Positions 36,900-49,614 of a stretch of DNA of 64,000 nucleotides are shown here, in pieces; position 1 is the stretch's first letter; every line of letters starts with the position of its first letter. A program made the position numbers and the translations under genes. The notes beneath the pieces were generated by a model. The model was not told the DNA's origin and made no database searches. It saw only the letters and a list, made by a program, of their open reading frames with translations. Origin of the DNA: Dicyema japonicum (Eukaryota; Animalia; Dicyemida); NCBI GenBank assembly GCA_011109175.1, contig RDEW01000030.1, positions 428,094-492,093 of the forward strand. Direction: 5' to 3'.

Positions 36900-38284
36900 G
36901 ACTATTTTGAATTTAAATTTTACTATTTAAAAATTAACTTTTTGTTTATAAAACGAAATAAAAAAATAAAATAATAATAATCAGACTCAAGTCTTTATTG
37001 GCACCAAAAACTAAAGATTTTCTGAGTCATTTATAACGCCCACTGAAGAAGTCTTTATCAAGTGACTGCTAAATTGAAATGTGCTTGCAATTGTAAAGAG
37101 GGGACTTGTCTTTCCACGGACTAAATCTAAAAGCTGCACAGTCAGGTCATCACTCAAACAATTAAATATATATGTCCCTTTTGGAGTTTGCGACATCTAC
37201 TTCAAAGTTCAAGAAATTAAATTCAATCAGATGAAGAACTATGCGTTTTCTTTCGACACCGAGTAGCTCCCCCTCGCCATTTTCCTCTGAAAAAATCTAA
37301 AAAGAACCATAGCGGCGATTTCCAGCGCTTCTACAAAAAAATCGGGGGACCTATTGCGCGAAACGCGTGTCTATCGATATTAAAGAAAGTTTATTTTATA
37401 AGAAAATTGCCATCATTAGTGGAATGCTGAAAATAATAAGACTGCGTGTTTATCCGTACTATAATTTCTGAATTGGGTTATCGTAGTTTCTAATGGAACC
37501 ACAAAATGAGGTAAAATTTTTTAATATGAATTAAAATGGGGATTAGTGGAATTAGTTCTAGAGTTATAAAAGTTCGAAAATTCACTTTAAATGACTGTTT
37601 TGAACAAGGACCATAGATCTATGTGTATGATACACAACGAGGCATCCTTTATGGGGGATTATCTATTCATCAGAACCTGCTAACCATGGAGACCTGCTGC
37701 GGTTATTGGTACATCAGATATTGCCATGCTTTGTGGATAAGACCTCGATGACCATTAACTTCTCTCGATGGCTAAACAATTTCTATCGACCTTTTAAAAG
37801 AAAACCATTCCCGAAATGATTACCGTGTTGGACTAAAACAAAAATGTCACCAAATAAAAAGCCAGCTCAGGATCATGAAAATAAACCCATTCCCTACTCA
37901 CCTTGACTCAAACAGTCATTTCAAATGACTTCTCAACTTAGGACAGAACAACTCATGTACAACTATTGGTCACATGAAACCTTTCTCCACACAAACCCTC
38001 AAAATTCCTATTTGAGTAATTGCAACCACCACTAGAGAGCAGCTCCACCAGTACACACATTAAAGGTATTATGCTACCACTGCGTTCTCACCCTCGCCGT
38101 GGCCTCTCTTTAGAAAAACATTATAAAGAACCTTGTACTGTCACAGCAGTCCAATACAGCACCGTCTATTTCAAGGCCAATGAGTTCGACTGGTGTAGGG
38201 CGATTTTTGTCAAAAAAGTCAAAAATTGATATGTTCTTTAAAATTGTTTAAAACTTATAAAAATGTAGTTTTTAGTCAAAAATA

Positions 38285-39484
38285 TGTCGCGTCCCTCCCG
38301 GGTTACCCATCCAGTGCTGGCTACATATCACCTGTCATTTCTTATCAAAATCAGAGAATTTACGAGATGTCATCTGTCATCAAATCAACACTAATTGGTT
38401 TCTAATCAAATAATTTATTTTTTTAAACTTTATATTTTCTTTACTCGATTCATGTTGACTATTGTCAATTCTCCTGATCCTGCCTTAATCTGTGAAAAAA
38501 ATTAAATGATCCTCTATTCGGTTGTTTGACAAAATTTGAACAATTTTACTTGGCTCTTCATATGGAGATTCAAATCTGCTCAACTTTAGCGATGGATTAG
38601 TCCCATAATCCTTTAAAACTCGTATCTAAATTTATTCACTAAAAATACCTCATTTCCAATAAAAATCATATTTTGATTGATGAATGATCATTCTTTTGTT
38701 CAACCGCTTAAAATAGGCTGAATTTAGACTTTTTGGAGAAAAATTAAAATCAAAATGATCTGAATCTAAGTTTTCTAGCAGTCTTTATACAATAAATACC
38801 TGAAACATCTGAAATATGTTCCAACATTATCTTCTGATGATATTGGAAAACTTCATCCGAACTATAATTTTCTTGGAAATTAAAAAAATAAACATTTATA
38901 CTCAGGAATGATTGTGTTTATTCCTGAAACTCCTCTCAGTTTTATAAATGGAGTTTCATTTGTGGAGGAATGGATCGTGGTGTTATATGTAAAAGGTGCT
39001 TCGTTTAATAATTTTTTTCCAATTTTTAGTTGATTTTTCATCCATTAACTTTGCAAGATTTCTTGTCAAAGTTTGGTTAATCTTTCTATGATCCCCTGAA
39101 ACAAATTAAATATTATTTCATTACTTGTGATTGAGGATGATTTGGTCTTCTATAAATAAGCCTGATTTTATTTTTTATGCAGAAAGAGTCTAGATATTTG
39201 TTTTAAAACTCTGTTCCATTATCTGTTTGCAGAATCTCAAAAAGCCGATTTCAAAACAAATTTCTTCAAATGCTTCACAAATTTCTAAATTCCAATAAAT
39301 TAAAAATATGCCTATTGCAGAGCACATGATGAATATTTATGAATAACGGCAAAAGATATTATATGTCCGACACAATTAAAAATGATCAAAGCCACATTAA
39401 GTATGACATTTGATAGTGACCTGATAGTGATTGATAGGTGACATGTAACCAGTGTGGGACGCGTCGCCACCACGGGACGCGACA
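38285..39484 (-). mobile_element. Ginger-type DNA transposon 1 (retroviral-like integrase, TGT...ACA termini)
   Basis: Termini TGTCGCGTCCC...GGGACGCGACA with imperfect ~55-bp TIRs. Minus strand EILQTDNGTEF...RRPNHPQSQ|GIIERFNQTLTRNLAK...W...YNTTIHSSTNETPF. No TSD seen. Confidence 0.8.
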
Positions 39485-40260
39485 CACATCAATGTGAGAA
39501 TTATTCACATCAAAGTGAGAATTATTTAAATTGACATTAAATAAATTTTAATCTTCGTAACTATAAATATTTAATCTTCGTAATTGTTAATGTCCCGAAA
39601 TTTGTCTGATGAAAATAGGCGTTTTATTATTAATATGTATTCCAATGGATCCACAGCTAAGTCAATTAGCGAAAACCTATGTATCCCTGCGAAAACTGTC
39701 TATCGAATTATTAAAGACTTCAAAAAAATTGGGAAAATTGCAAGTAATCCAAAAAAATACAAAAATCACTAAAGAAATTTCTCTGTTTATAAAAATGAAA
39801 TATCGGATTCGTGTGATATTTCTTGTAAAAAAATATCCTCGAAAATATTTGCTAAATTTGGTTTAACGATCAGAACATATGCGATCCATTATCATTTAGA
39901 AGGATTCAACTACTCTTTAAAAAAATTCAACTTCTTCTAGAACGAAGAATATCAAATGATTTGGATTCTTTACGTAGACAATATGCCAAAGAATTTATTG
40001 GCAAATTATCCACTACTCTAGAATAGAAAATTTTTTGTGGATAAAATTCGATTATTACTTTACAGCTTTTAGTTAGATTCAATGTATCAATGAGGAACAA
40101 CTACGGGAAAGCAAAAAAGAGCCAAATACACACTCTTGTGGTTAAATCAATCAGATCAAGGAATATTAGTGTGTGCTGTGCAATTTCAAAGTCGGGGATC
40201 ATATTTTACAAAATTTATGAAAGCCATATAGCACGGAAAGTTACATGGGATATATAAATG
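39485..40260 (+). mobile_element. IS630/Tc1-mariner transposase remnant (copy A)
   Basis: HTH SDENRRFIINMYSNGSTAKSISENLCIPAKTVYRII; later IRSRNISVCCA; frameshifted. Confidence 0.75.
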
Positions 40261-40439
40261 ATCTTTTCCAATTTTCACTTGAACTTGTTGAAGATACTCC
40301 AAGGGTGATTTTTTTATAACGGGGTAACCATTCTGATACATAAAATATGGAGATAGCTTTTCCAAAACTGTTTTTTATTTGTTTACACCGAAAGAGTGGA
40401 TCATCCTATTTAATGAGACGACGTAGGGAGTCGTGTGCC

Positions 40440-41220
40440 AAACTAGAAACACTTACAGACGGACACACAAATTTACTAATTTCTGTTCAAGAGAAGACTT
40501 CGCCAATTTTTCTTTAAGTGTCTCTTATTTCTCCAGAGGCCCTTATGCGTCTGGACTCCAGAATGCGGGAAAGCGGTCCCTTAAATACCGTCAGCCACTC
40601 TGTCCCATCTAACTAAGTGATCATAGACCGACAAAGGGGAGGTCGAAACAAGATGAAATGGGCATCTCGAACCGTACGATCACGCGCGGGCACAGGGGAG
40701 GAACACCGGGCCAAGATGAGATCTCTAATTGAACGCATCAGGATACGTGTTAATTAGTTTTGTTTTACCGTGGTCTTGGGATGTTAAATAAATAATAATA
40801 ATCGAAAAAAAGCTTGATCAACGTAATAATAGACACACTGTTTGAGGATTCTTTCAAGTGGAAAATTAGTGCCGAATGTTGATTACGCCTTTTCTGCCTG
40901 GAGATTCGCTATTCCTTCTACGAGGGTGGAGCGTATGAACTCTTTTAGACGGAAGATCATGAGGCATATGCAATCAGACTCTACATCCATTCCCATTCTC
41001 CTTTTAGAGGAGGCGATGGTGAGAAATGTCTAGGGCTTCCTACGTATGTGCAAGGAGCTACGAAACCCATTCAGAGAGAGGGCAGTTCATGCGGATGAAT
41101 TCAGATAGGCATTAAAAAGTGCGCTCTGATAGAATTCAAGAAGACACTTCAAGAACGCTGTTGATTAACTGGCGGAGCATTAGAAGAGAATTCGAGAGAT
41201 GTTGGAGGCTGGGATCACTT
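40440..41220 (+). mobile_element. two LINE 3' remnants (copy A; copy B at ~51360-52139)
   Basis: HRAKMRSLIERIR plus a (TAA)n tail at ~40790; then PNVDYAFSAW...RVERMNSFRRKIMR RT thumb. Confidence 0.55.
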
Positions 41221-41229
41221 AATTTAGGG

Positions 41230-43311
41230 CAGAAATTCTTAACGGCGGCCCGCTTGAAATTATAAAAAAATATTACATATTTTACATAATGCAGCCGATT
41301 TTAACTGTGCTTTTTCTTTCTGTTTGTTTCGTACAATAAACTTTTTATGGTTAAAAATTTTTACATATTTTAACTATTGTTTTTAAATTAAATATTTTTT
41401 ATATTAAATTTTAATTAACATTGCTTGTGATGTCTGGAAAACGTGTTAAAAGAAGTAGAAAAATTATTCAAAAAAATCCTGCATTTAAGCCGAATGGGAG
41501 GAACAATTTTTCGTTTTTGAAGAAAATCGCAAAGCACATTGCCTGATTTGTCATTTTGTTATACGATGTCTTAAGTTATATAATGTCGAGAGGCATTATA
41601 TGAAACATTCTTCAGAATATGATTCATTTCAAGGTGAATCAAGAAAAATCAAATTTCTATCTATGAAATCAAATCGCAAACTACAAACCACTTTGTTTAA
41701 ACAGTCCATGTCATCAATATTCGCTTCAATAGCTTCTTTCAAAATTTGTCATCTACTTGCAAAAAATATGAAGCCGTATTCAGATGGAGAATTTATTAAG
41801 CAAGCTATCCTTATATTTACTGAAAAATGTTGTTCTTCAGAAATTAAAAAAAATGTTATAAACTTATAGCTAAGCAACAATACAGTTACTCTGAGAATTG
41901 AGAGAATATCTGACAATATTCAATGCCAGCTACTCACTGAATCCAACTTTTTCGTACTCTATTCTATTGCTCTTGACATCACTAAAGATATTAGTGATAC
42001 AGAACAAATGGCTGTGTTTATTCGAGGTGTCATGCCTGACTTCAAAATTTATGAAGAATTTCTCACGCTACGTAACTTTCATGGTTCTACTAAAGGAGCT
42101 GATATATTCCGTGAATTTCGTGATTGCCTTGAAAAGGCACATTTGGATCTTTCAAAAATGTTTTCAATTGCCACAGATGGATGTCCTTCTATGGTTGGAT
42201 GGAAAACTGGGTTTCAAGGTCTCTTAGCTGGATGGCGAGTAGATGATGAGTTGAGTCCTGTGATTTGGCATCACTGCATACTACATCAAGAAAATTTAGC
42301 TGCAAAATCTATGAAAATGGACCATGTAACAGAAACGGTCATTTCAATCGTAAATTTTATTCGCTCTCGTGCTTTAAATCACCGCAATTTTAAAAAATTT
42401 CTCGAGGATGTTGATGCTGAGTATGGAGATTTGCACATGCATACAACCGTACGATGGTTGAGTCGAGCAGCATGTCTAAAAAGGTTGTATAAATTTTAAA
42501 TAAATCGCATTTATATTTTATGACCTTCTTTCGGAGATTATAAATTTTATTGACAATAAGATATTCTATTTTCAGCTTACTGATAAGTAGTGGATTGCGG
42601 ATTTAGTATTTATGGTTGATATTTCTACACACCTTTCGATTTTGAGTACTTCTCTGCAAGGTAAGAACAAACTATGTCATGAGTTGTACGGACTGGTTTC
42701 TGCATTTATCAAAAAACTACACCTTTTCAAAATACAAATTGCAAGTAGAGTTACCATTCATTTTCCAATACTTTCAAACCACAGGGAAGATGGATCATAT
42801 GAAAAATATACCTCCCTTATTAGTGACTTAATCGATGAATTCGAGACACGTTTTAATGATTTTAAAGAAACTCTACTTATTATGAAAATATTTTCGTCAC
42901 CTATGGAAACAGATGCAGCAACCGCTCCATATGTATATCAGCTGGAGCTAAGTGAAATGCAAGCAGATTTACAACTTACCGCGCTATTTAAGTCAAGTGA
43001 ACTATTGGATTTTTGGAGTCGAATTCCACAATGGAAATATTAAAACTTGGTCGATAATGCTCAAAAAATGCATCAGTCTTTGAATCAACGTATGCATGTG
43101 AAGCTTTTTCAGTAAACTTACGGGAATAAAAAGTAAGTATCGAAATCGATTGACTGAATACCTAATTCAACTTTTACGTACATCGTCTTCGAACTTTACT
43201 TCTCGTTTCGATAAAATAGTAGACACCAAGCAAAATCAAGTCTCACATTGATTCTCTTATTACGTAATAAAGCCTTTTTTCTTTAATCAAATAAAATATT
43301 TTTTGTGCGTC
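41230..43311 (+). mobile_element. hAT (Buster/Charlie, GTF2IRD2/SPIN-like) transposon, copy A, right end deleted
   Basis: Left end CAGAAATTCTTAAC after ATTTAGGG; transposase motifs SIALDITKDISD, SIATDGCPSM, HCILHQENL, VRWLSR. Confidence 0.9.
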
Positions 43312-44089
43312 AAAGTAAAATAAGCGAAAACTTGTATTGAATCATGGATATTTCTGCCCACTCTCAACTGCCCCCAAGTAACCATATAACTTGGGTTGAA
43401 ATTCTCCACTATTATAATTGTTCATTATCACTCCATCATCAGAACTCATCACATAGTCTGTCACAGGCGCTACGCGTTACATAATGCTCAAATTTACAAT
43501 TTCAAGCATTTTTATTAAACTTTACACATGTTTTTCTCATTTATTATATTTAAAATTAAAAATTCTAATTTAAATATTTTTGGAAGGCGCAACAGTTTTT
43601 AAATTTTAAATAGCATAATACAGGCGTGTTTTATAAAGTTAAGCTGATGGCTCGGTTTTTCGTTAAAACAACCCAGGAATAAATTGATATAATGGAAGAG
43701 AAGGGGATCGTCGATCTAATGACAAGACAAAAAATACCGATTAACTCAAAAGTCAAAGAATTTTTTATCTATCAATGGGAGGTTATACCTTAAAGACACA
43801 AATGAAAACCATAAAATTCTCTAATAATTAGTGGCCTCGCAAATTCATCAATTGACCCATTGTGGACACAACACATTGGAACAATATTGCAATGAAAGAT
43901 ATTTTTTCATGAAAAGAGAAATTATTCGGAAAGTGGTGTCAGAATGTGATATTCCATGTAAGAGCATTATGTGACTGCTTCAACGTCTAACAAATTCATG
44001 GTAGGCATAACATCCAAGGAGTCAAGGGATGATCGAACGCGTCAATCAGACAATCACAAGATCACTATCTAAGATGATGTCCGAGGATA

Positions 44090-44460
44090 AGTGTTGGACT
44101 AAAAACATGAAGGAAGCAGATGGAGTGAACATGGCGTTACTGGTAATTGATCCAATGCACGACAATACAACGAGCGAAAATTCGACCAACTCGCACATAT
44201 TGACAGGTTCTTCCGTTCGACATAGGAGCGTATCTCCAACTTCCGGCCTGAGAAATACTCACGGAAGCAGGCCAAACTGGTAGTCAGACTCGGAAAGCTT
44301 GGAATCATTCTCTCCCTGTATATCTCTCGTCGCTAATGGCCTGCAACACCCTTGTCAATAGGATTCTACACTCCCTCCCTGAATTCTCTTCATATCAGGA
44401 CGTCGTTGATGATTATGAGGCCTGGTGCCAACCTTCCATGATCATTACAAACCTATTAGT
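44090..44460 (-). mobile_element. CR1/L2-like 3' remnant inserted in the Ginger 2 integrase (copy B ~56140-56480)
   Basis: Interrupts the integrase after SKMMSE; frameshifted F.RCIV.HW.QLP motif. Confidence 0.45.
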
Positions 44461-45224
44461 TTCCCAACCTTCCATGATCATTACAAAGATGAATAATTTT
44501 TACATGATCTTAATTTTGGAAACGTGTTTCGACACATGTCGAAATAATTAAATGCTGGTGCTGAGATAAAGGTTTATCTTTATCTCTTGAAAAATGTACT
44601 GCTTCATGGATTGTGAATTTCAAGAACAAATCAAAGATTTGTATTGATACTGGAGCGATCAAATGCATGGAACAGTTACAATATCTTGGTGTTTGTGTGA
44701 ACTCGAAGGGTTCCTTCATTAATTATATCAAGAAAAAGAAGAAAAAAGCTACGGAGATGTTGAAATCACTTTACGTTTTCAATTGAGTCCGGAAACTTTT
44801 CTTTATGTGTATACAGCTTGTATAGAACCATTCTTGATTTATTGCTTCCAAGGATGGTTTGAAAGTGATGAGAGAAGTACCATTGTAGAGCTTCTCGATA
44901 AATCGAGGAGATATGCTATTAAACTGGCATATGGATTTGATTTAAAGTCTAAATTACCGCCAAGTGATGAGAGACGTGCAAGATCCATTGAGGAAATATT
45001 GCACCACTTGAAAAAATAATTCTCGTTGGATGCAAGGAGTCAATTATTCAAAGAGGAGACATATGGTGTCTCGTTAAACCAGACCCCATCAACCAGGACC
45101 AACTCGTTGGCTTCTCCCTTTTTAATTAGTTTTTCGAGTTTGTTACGTTAATAAAGTAACTATCTCGTTATATTTAACGTTGCTGGTTAATGGTTGTTGT
45201 TGATGTTGATAAGAACCATCTAAA

Positions 45225-46850
45225 TTCATCGGATTACTTCTGCGCCGAATTGAGTAAAGAAAACCCAAATCGAACGGCCACGAGCTTGTCCGACATGTTT
45301 CCGACGCGGATGCTTCTAGGATTCGTCCTCAGCAAAACAACACGAAATTTCCGGTTCTACGAGCAATAATGTCTTCCTCAACAGCTGATTGTCGAAAACA
45401 ATGGGCTGCCTCAGTTATTGAAAGCATGCGCTCTAGACTGGGTCGTGTCCAGGTGGATGGGCTATTCTTTTGGAGGGGTTTAAGACTAAGTTGGAGAGGA
45501 AATAACAATGTCTGAGTTCAGAAAACTGATATACGTCCAGGAACGCAAACAATTATCACGCAATGAACTTGATTCGAAGGTTACCCCAGATTCTAAGCCT
45601 GATATGTCTTCACCGTCCCTGGATCCTAAATTTTACGATCACTGCCGACGCACATTTATGGAACAATTGATAATTGCCGAGCAAATTGAACAAAGCTCGA
45701 GACCCCGATCCAAAAAGATTCCCTATGTCAAGATTGACAATAACTTATTGGAGTGTTTGAACTGTGTCATTAGCCAATGGGTAAAAAGAACTCCATAATT
45801 TTTATGGATCAAATTTCTACTCTTATTTATGCTGGTCAAGCTACATATCAGATTATTACAGTGAAAAAAATGAGCCATCAAAATGGAATGACAATATATG
45901 TAGAAAAATCGAAAAGTGGAAATCCTTTTATTTTTTTTATGAAGACGTTGTCATCAGAGGAAAAACCTATGGCCTGCCACGCGTTATCCTTAGTGGGATA
46001 CCAAAAAAATCATGGTGAAAGAGGAGGATTATTTCGTACATTGAAGATAAAATTAAAATTATCGAAAAGAAATTGTGTGTATCTGAGTCCCGCAAGAAAT
46101 TCCGTCTTGATAATCTAAACTTCGAATTAAATCAAAGATCATTTTACAGAAACTTAACCTCTATGGCAAATAATGTTACTGAGTCTATTGATGATGAAAA
46201 ATGTGCAGACTTTTGGGAAGACGTTTGGAAAAAAAGATGTATGTTTAGAGAGGGTCAATATTGAAAAAAGAATAACCGGCGTCGAGAATGTACCTGTTGG
46301 ATTTAATAGAAATGAGTTTAATGAAACAATTAAATAACTGCCTAACTGGAAACCCCAGGCTGCGATGGAGTTTTCAACTTTTTTGTTAAAAAGTTCACGT
46401 CTTTGAGACTCAATATTTAATGTGATGAGTAGAGTTGTGGAAGGAGAATGTGTGCCTGGAGAGTGGTTTTTCACTGGACTCACTTATTGTCCAATAGTAC
46501 TGACCTGGGATGGATTGGTAACCTCACACTCGTGGGAACATTCCAGATCTCTGAACATAAGCGAAAGAACCTATATGTATATTCAATCATTGGTTATACG
46601 TAAAACTTTTGAGTCGATGATTGTTTCATACAGGAATAAAACGGATTTTGTCGAAAGAGATAAAAATCTAAAGAAGGAAATAAATAATATCTATTCGAGA
46701 ATGGATAACAAAGACTCTCAGGATGACGGAACAAGTAATTCGGACTGCTCAGAACCGAAATTTGTGGATGATCTAGAATGTTTTGGAGAACCCCAAATAC
46801 TAAATTGCTCGTAGAAAAGACGTCTTTGCTAATAAAAAGGAAATACTTCT
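45225..46850 (+). mobile_element. Dong/R4-like element, copy A (5' part present, RT-to-RLE centre deleted)
   Basis: Joins GLTY directly to PIVLTWDG; the 5' ORF fragments 45508-46118 are absent from copy B. Confidence 0.8.
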
Positions 46851-47029
46851 AACTAAATTATTAACATTACTTTTGTAAAATAAACTGGTTAGTTATAATT
46901 AAATCAAAAAATTTTTTTTGATTTTTTTTCTAAGTCCACTAGTGTAACGCGTAGCGCTCGGTAACGCGTAGCGCCTGTGACATAATCATATTAATTATAA
47001 TCAAATGGTGGTATTCACAGATGGAAGTT

Positions 47030-47300
47030 CACCCAATAAAAAAACTAGATCCGACTCTGAGGTCCTCTAGTCTTAAGAAGAGAATACATCCGGAATAAAC
47101 CGTTAGACAAACCCAAAAAAAACCACGTCAACAGCGTTACCATAACCGGGGAGCTTGTTTAATAGACCATCTGTTCTCCCTATACCCACCATTGAAGGAA
47201 CCCTTACAATAGAGAAGAGATAGATCTTTATCGGATGCCGGCGAGGCATTGGGCGTCTCCTGAGACAAGTGGATCAACCGACATACTGAGGGATCGATAA
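47030..47300 (-). mobile_element. dispersed LINE-family 3' remnant (copy B ~61170-61440)
   Basis: IHLSQETPNA...KGSFNGGY. Confidence 0.55.
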
Positions 47301-47363
47301 TTTAAACGAAGAAAAAGCCAATATTATAAAATTTAAAAACCAAGTAAGGAAATGTTAGATAAA

Positions 47364-48007
47364 CTAAGCAGAGGGCCACTTAAGGAGAGGACAGTCCACG
47401 TGGTCATCGAAGTCGACAACATAGTCATCATTTTGCAGTGCCCACATCTCATCCAAAGCAGTGCGAGTTTCAGTACTAACATAATCACTCCCAAAACACC
47501 TAATGAGATTTTCCGCCAAAACCAGTTCCCCGTTTTGCGTGTATTGATAAGGGACAACCTCGATTCCCGCGCCTTTGACGGTCCTCACCTAATCATCACT
47601 AAAAATGCCACCTTCAAATAAAACACATTTTGACAATTCACTGCAAATTTTTTAATGATTTTTAAGGATGATGGGAGAATTCTTTCTATAATAAGAGTAG
47701 TTTAGTGGTACAATCGGGAGTCAGAGCTACTAATCTTCTCGTAATATCCCACAACTTTGAGATTGTTCTCATTGCAGAATGATTCGATCTAAATGAGATA
47801 AAATTTTATAACTTTTCTGAAACAGATTTCCATAGTTGGAGTTAAAGTCAGATGAAGATGGAGCATTGGAACGATATGAGTGACTAGGAGATCATTCTCG
47901 TTGGACAGCAAAATCCCATTTACGTCAAACGAAGGATATTTTGCTACATGAGATACCAAATTTCCCCAATTTAATGATTTGAGACTACAAGGAGTGACAG
48001 AACACAT
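47364..48007 (-). CDS. EMC8: ER membrane protein complex subunit 8/9, copy A
   Basis: Spliced LVSHVAKYPSFDVNGILL...IVPMLHLHLTLTPTMEICFRK|IESFCNENNLKVVGYYEK...VVDFDDHVD...W; introns 24 nt (47789-47812), 26, 23 and possibly 24 (47476-47499). Confidence 0.88.
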
Positions 48008-48439
48008 CTCAGTTTAAAAAAATAAAATAACAAGAAATATTAATAAAAATAAATTAACATTTTTTACATCATTTCTTAAAAATCTAAAAAAAAGTAGCTA
48101 CCAAAACTGCCGTTGAATAGGTTGACAGGGGAATAATTGTGGTTCTTTTAGTTGCCAGATTGAAACTGGTATCCAATTTTCTCCACGTGAAGGTGAACCA
48201 CATCGAAAATTTATTTATGGCTGCTGCCGTCTTATTTAATAGCTGCTGGCCTCCTACAAGTTAGTGAGGCTGGGGTTACCAAAACGGCCACTCCAGAATC
48301 CATCAGATATATCTGGTGTGGCGCAGAACTTTAATGGATGACATCTTGGTTAGAAGAGAGAAGGTTTTTTCAGGCACTATTATGCATGAAAATTACGTCT
48401 CGAAAAAAAGATTTCCCTGTTTGTTTTCAAGTAAATCCC

Positions 48440-49614
48440 CTCCCTTACGTACCAAGTGATAAAAACAACGTTAAACTCAATGTGCAATTGTCAAATAGAA
48501 AACAACTATTACCCACAATTAAACGAATAACAAGAAAACAAGGAGAAAATTAAAATCTACGAATAAAACTTATAAGAATCAAAATATTTCTGTTTTTTTG
48601 ACCATTTCACAGTTTATTTTTTGTAACCATTTATCAATAATATCAGTCGTCATCCGAGCATCTTTTGACGCTGTGTGCAAAGCCTAAAAATAACCTAATA
48701 AAATATATCCCATAATCCTCAGTTTGTATATTTTTAAAGCATCTTGCAATTTAAATTTCCCGATAACAAGGGGCTTTAATTTCTCACCTTCAAGACTGCA
48801 GCATAAAAGAACTAAAACTCGTTTTTTGCTTTTCGTTTTACCAAAACATTCATCATTTGAAGAGAAAAATGATTTACATGAAATTCTTTTAGCAAAAAGA
48901 GAAGTTTCGTCGCAGTTAAAAATATCTTTTTTCTCGTATTTATAAAATAAATTGTCGTAATCGTTAAAAAATCTTCGACTTTATTTCTGTCACATGAGTT
49001 CTTTTCACCCGAAATTACTCTGAACAATAATTCATGGCGCTTTTTAAATCGATCCAACCATCCATTTGATTCTTTGAAATCATTGAAGTCAAGATTAGCT
49101 GCAATTTTTTTGCAATAGTTTTGAGGAGAGATCCTGAAACTGAAATACCATCCTCTCTCAATTTTTTGAAGACTTCGAATACTAATCGATCAATTCGAAT
49201 AGAAAGATCTATTCGAACTTCTTAGATGAGAGTTCATCAGAGCATATTTGTGTTTTTGAAACCCCTTTTCCGATTTCTTTTTTAATTCGTGAGACAGTTC
49301 CTTTTCCAATATTGTATAATAGACAAATTTTTCTTTCTGACATTTTCTTTCATTAAAGAATTGGAAATCTTCTGTTTCAGGTGGCGACTAAGCTCCGCAG
49401 GCATGCCTAAAAATATTTTAAAATTAATTAAATAAAAATAATAAATTTTAATATTATCGACTGAAAAAGTGCCCCAATAAGCGGAGTTTTGTATCTTAAA
49501 TTGAGGCTTCCTATTGGTCAAGAATTGTAAAAATCATTCAAAATAATATTTATTAAAACTCGCCCCCAAAACAGAGGGTGCCCCAAGGCCAGGGTTTTAT
49601 TGGGGCAGGTCGTA
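48440..49614 (-). mobile_element. pogo/Tigger (CENP-B-like) transposon remnant, copy A
   Basis: LREDGISVSGSLLKTIAKK, GWMDRFKKRHELLFRVISGE; terminal TIR cut at the duplication junction. Confidence 0.8.

Larger units (their letters stand above)
43459..46982 (+). mobile_element. Ginger-type DNA transposon 2, copy A (carrying nested LINEs)
   Basis: Perfect 22-bp TIR TGTCACAGGCGCTACGCGTTAC; flanks TAGTC/TAATC; H2C2 motif HQLTHCG...VVSECDI.C and PRSQGMIERVNQTITRSLSKMM. Confidence 0.85.
38714..49614 (+). repeat. tandem segmental duplication, copy A (~10.9 kb)
   Basis: Collinear with 49613-63745: same order of Ginger, Tc1, LINE, hAT, Ginger 2, Dong/R4, EMC8/9 and pogo; mostly high-90s percent identity by eye, with large indels. 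Confidence 0.95.

Noticed and set aside
45245-45460. GC-richer 5' region of the Dong/R4 element as a possible HDV-like ribozyme
   Set aside because: I could not build a convincing P1-P4 double pseudoknot by eye; a covariance-model search would be needed.
48330-48430. LMDDILV resembling an LTR-type RT motif (also ~62475)
   Set aside because: Isolated motif with no other RT motifs in frame.
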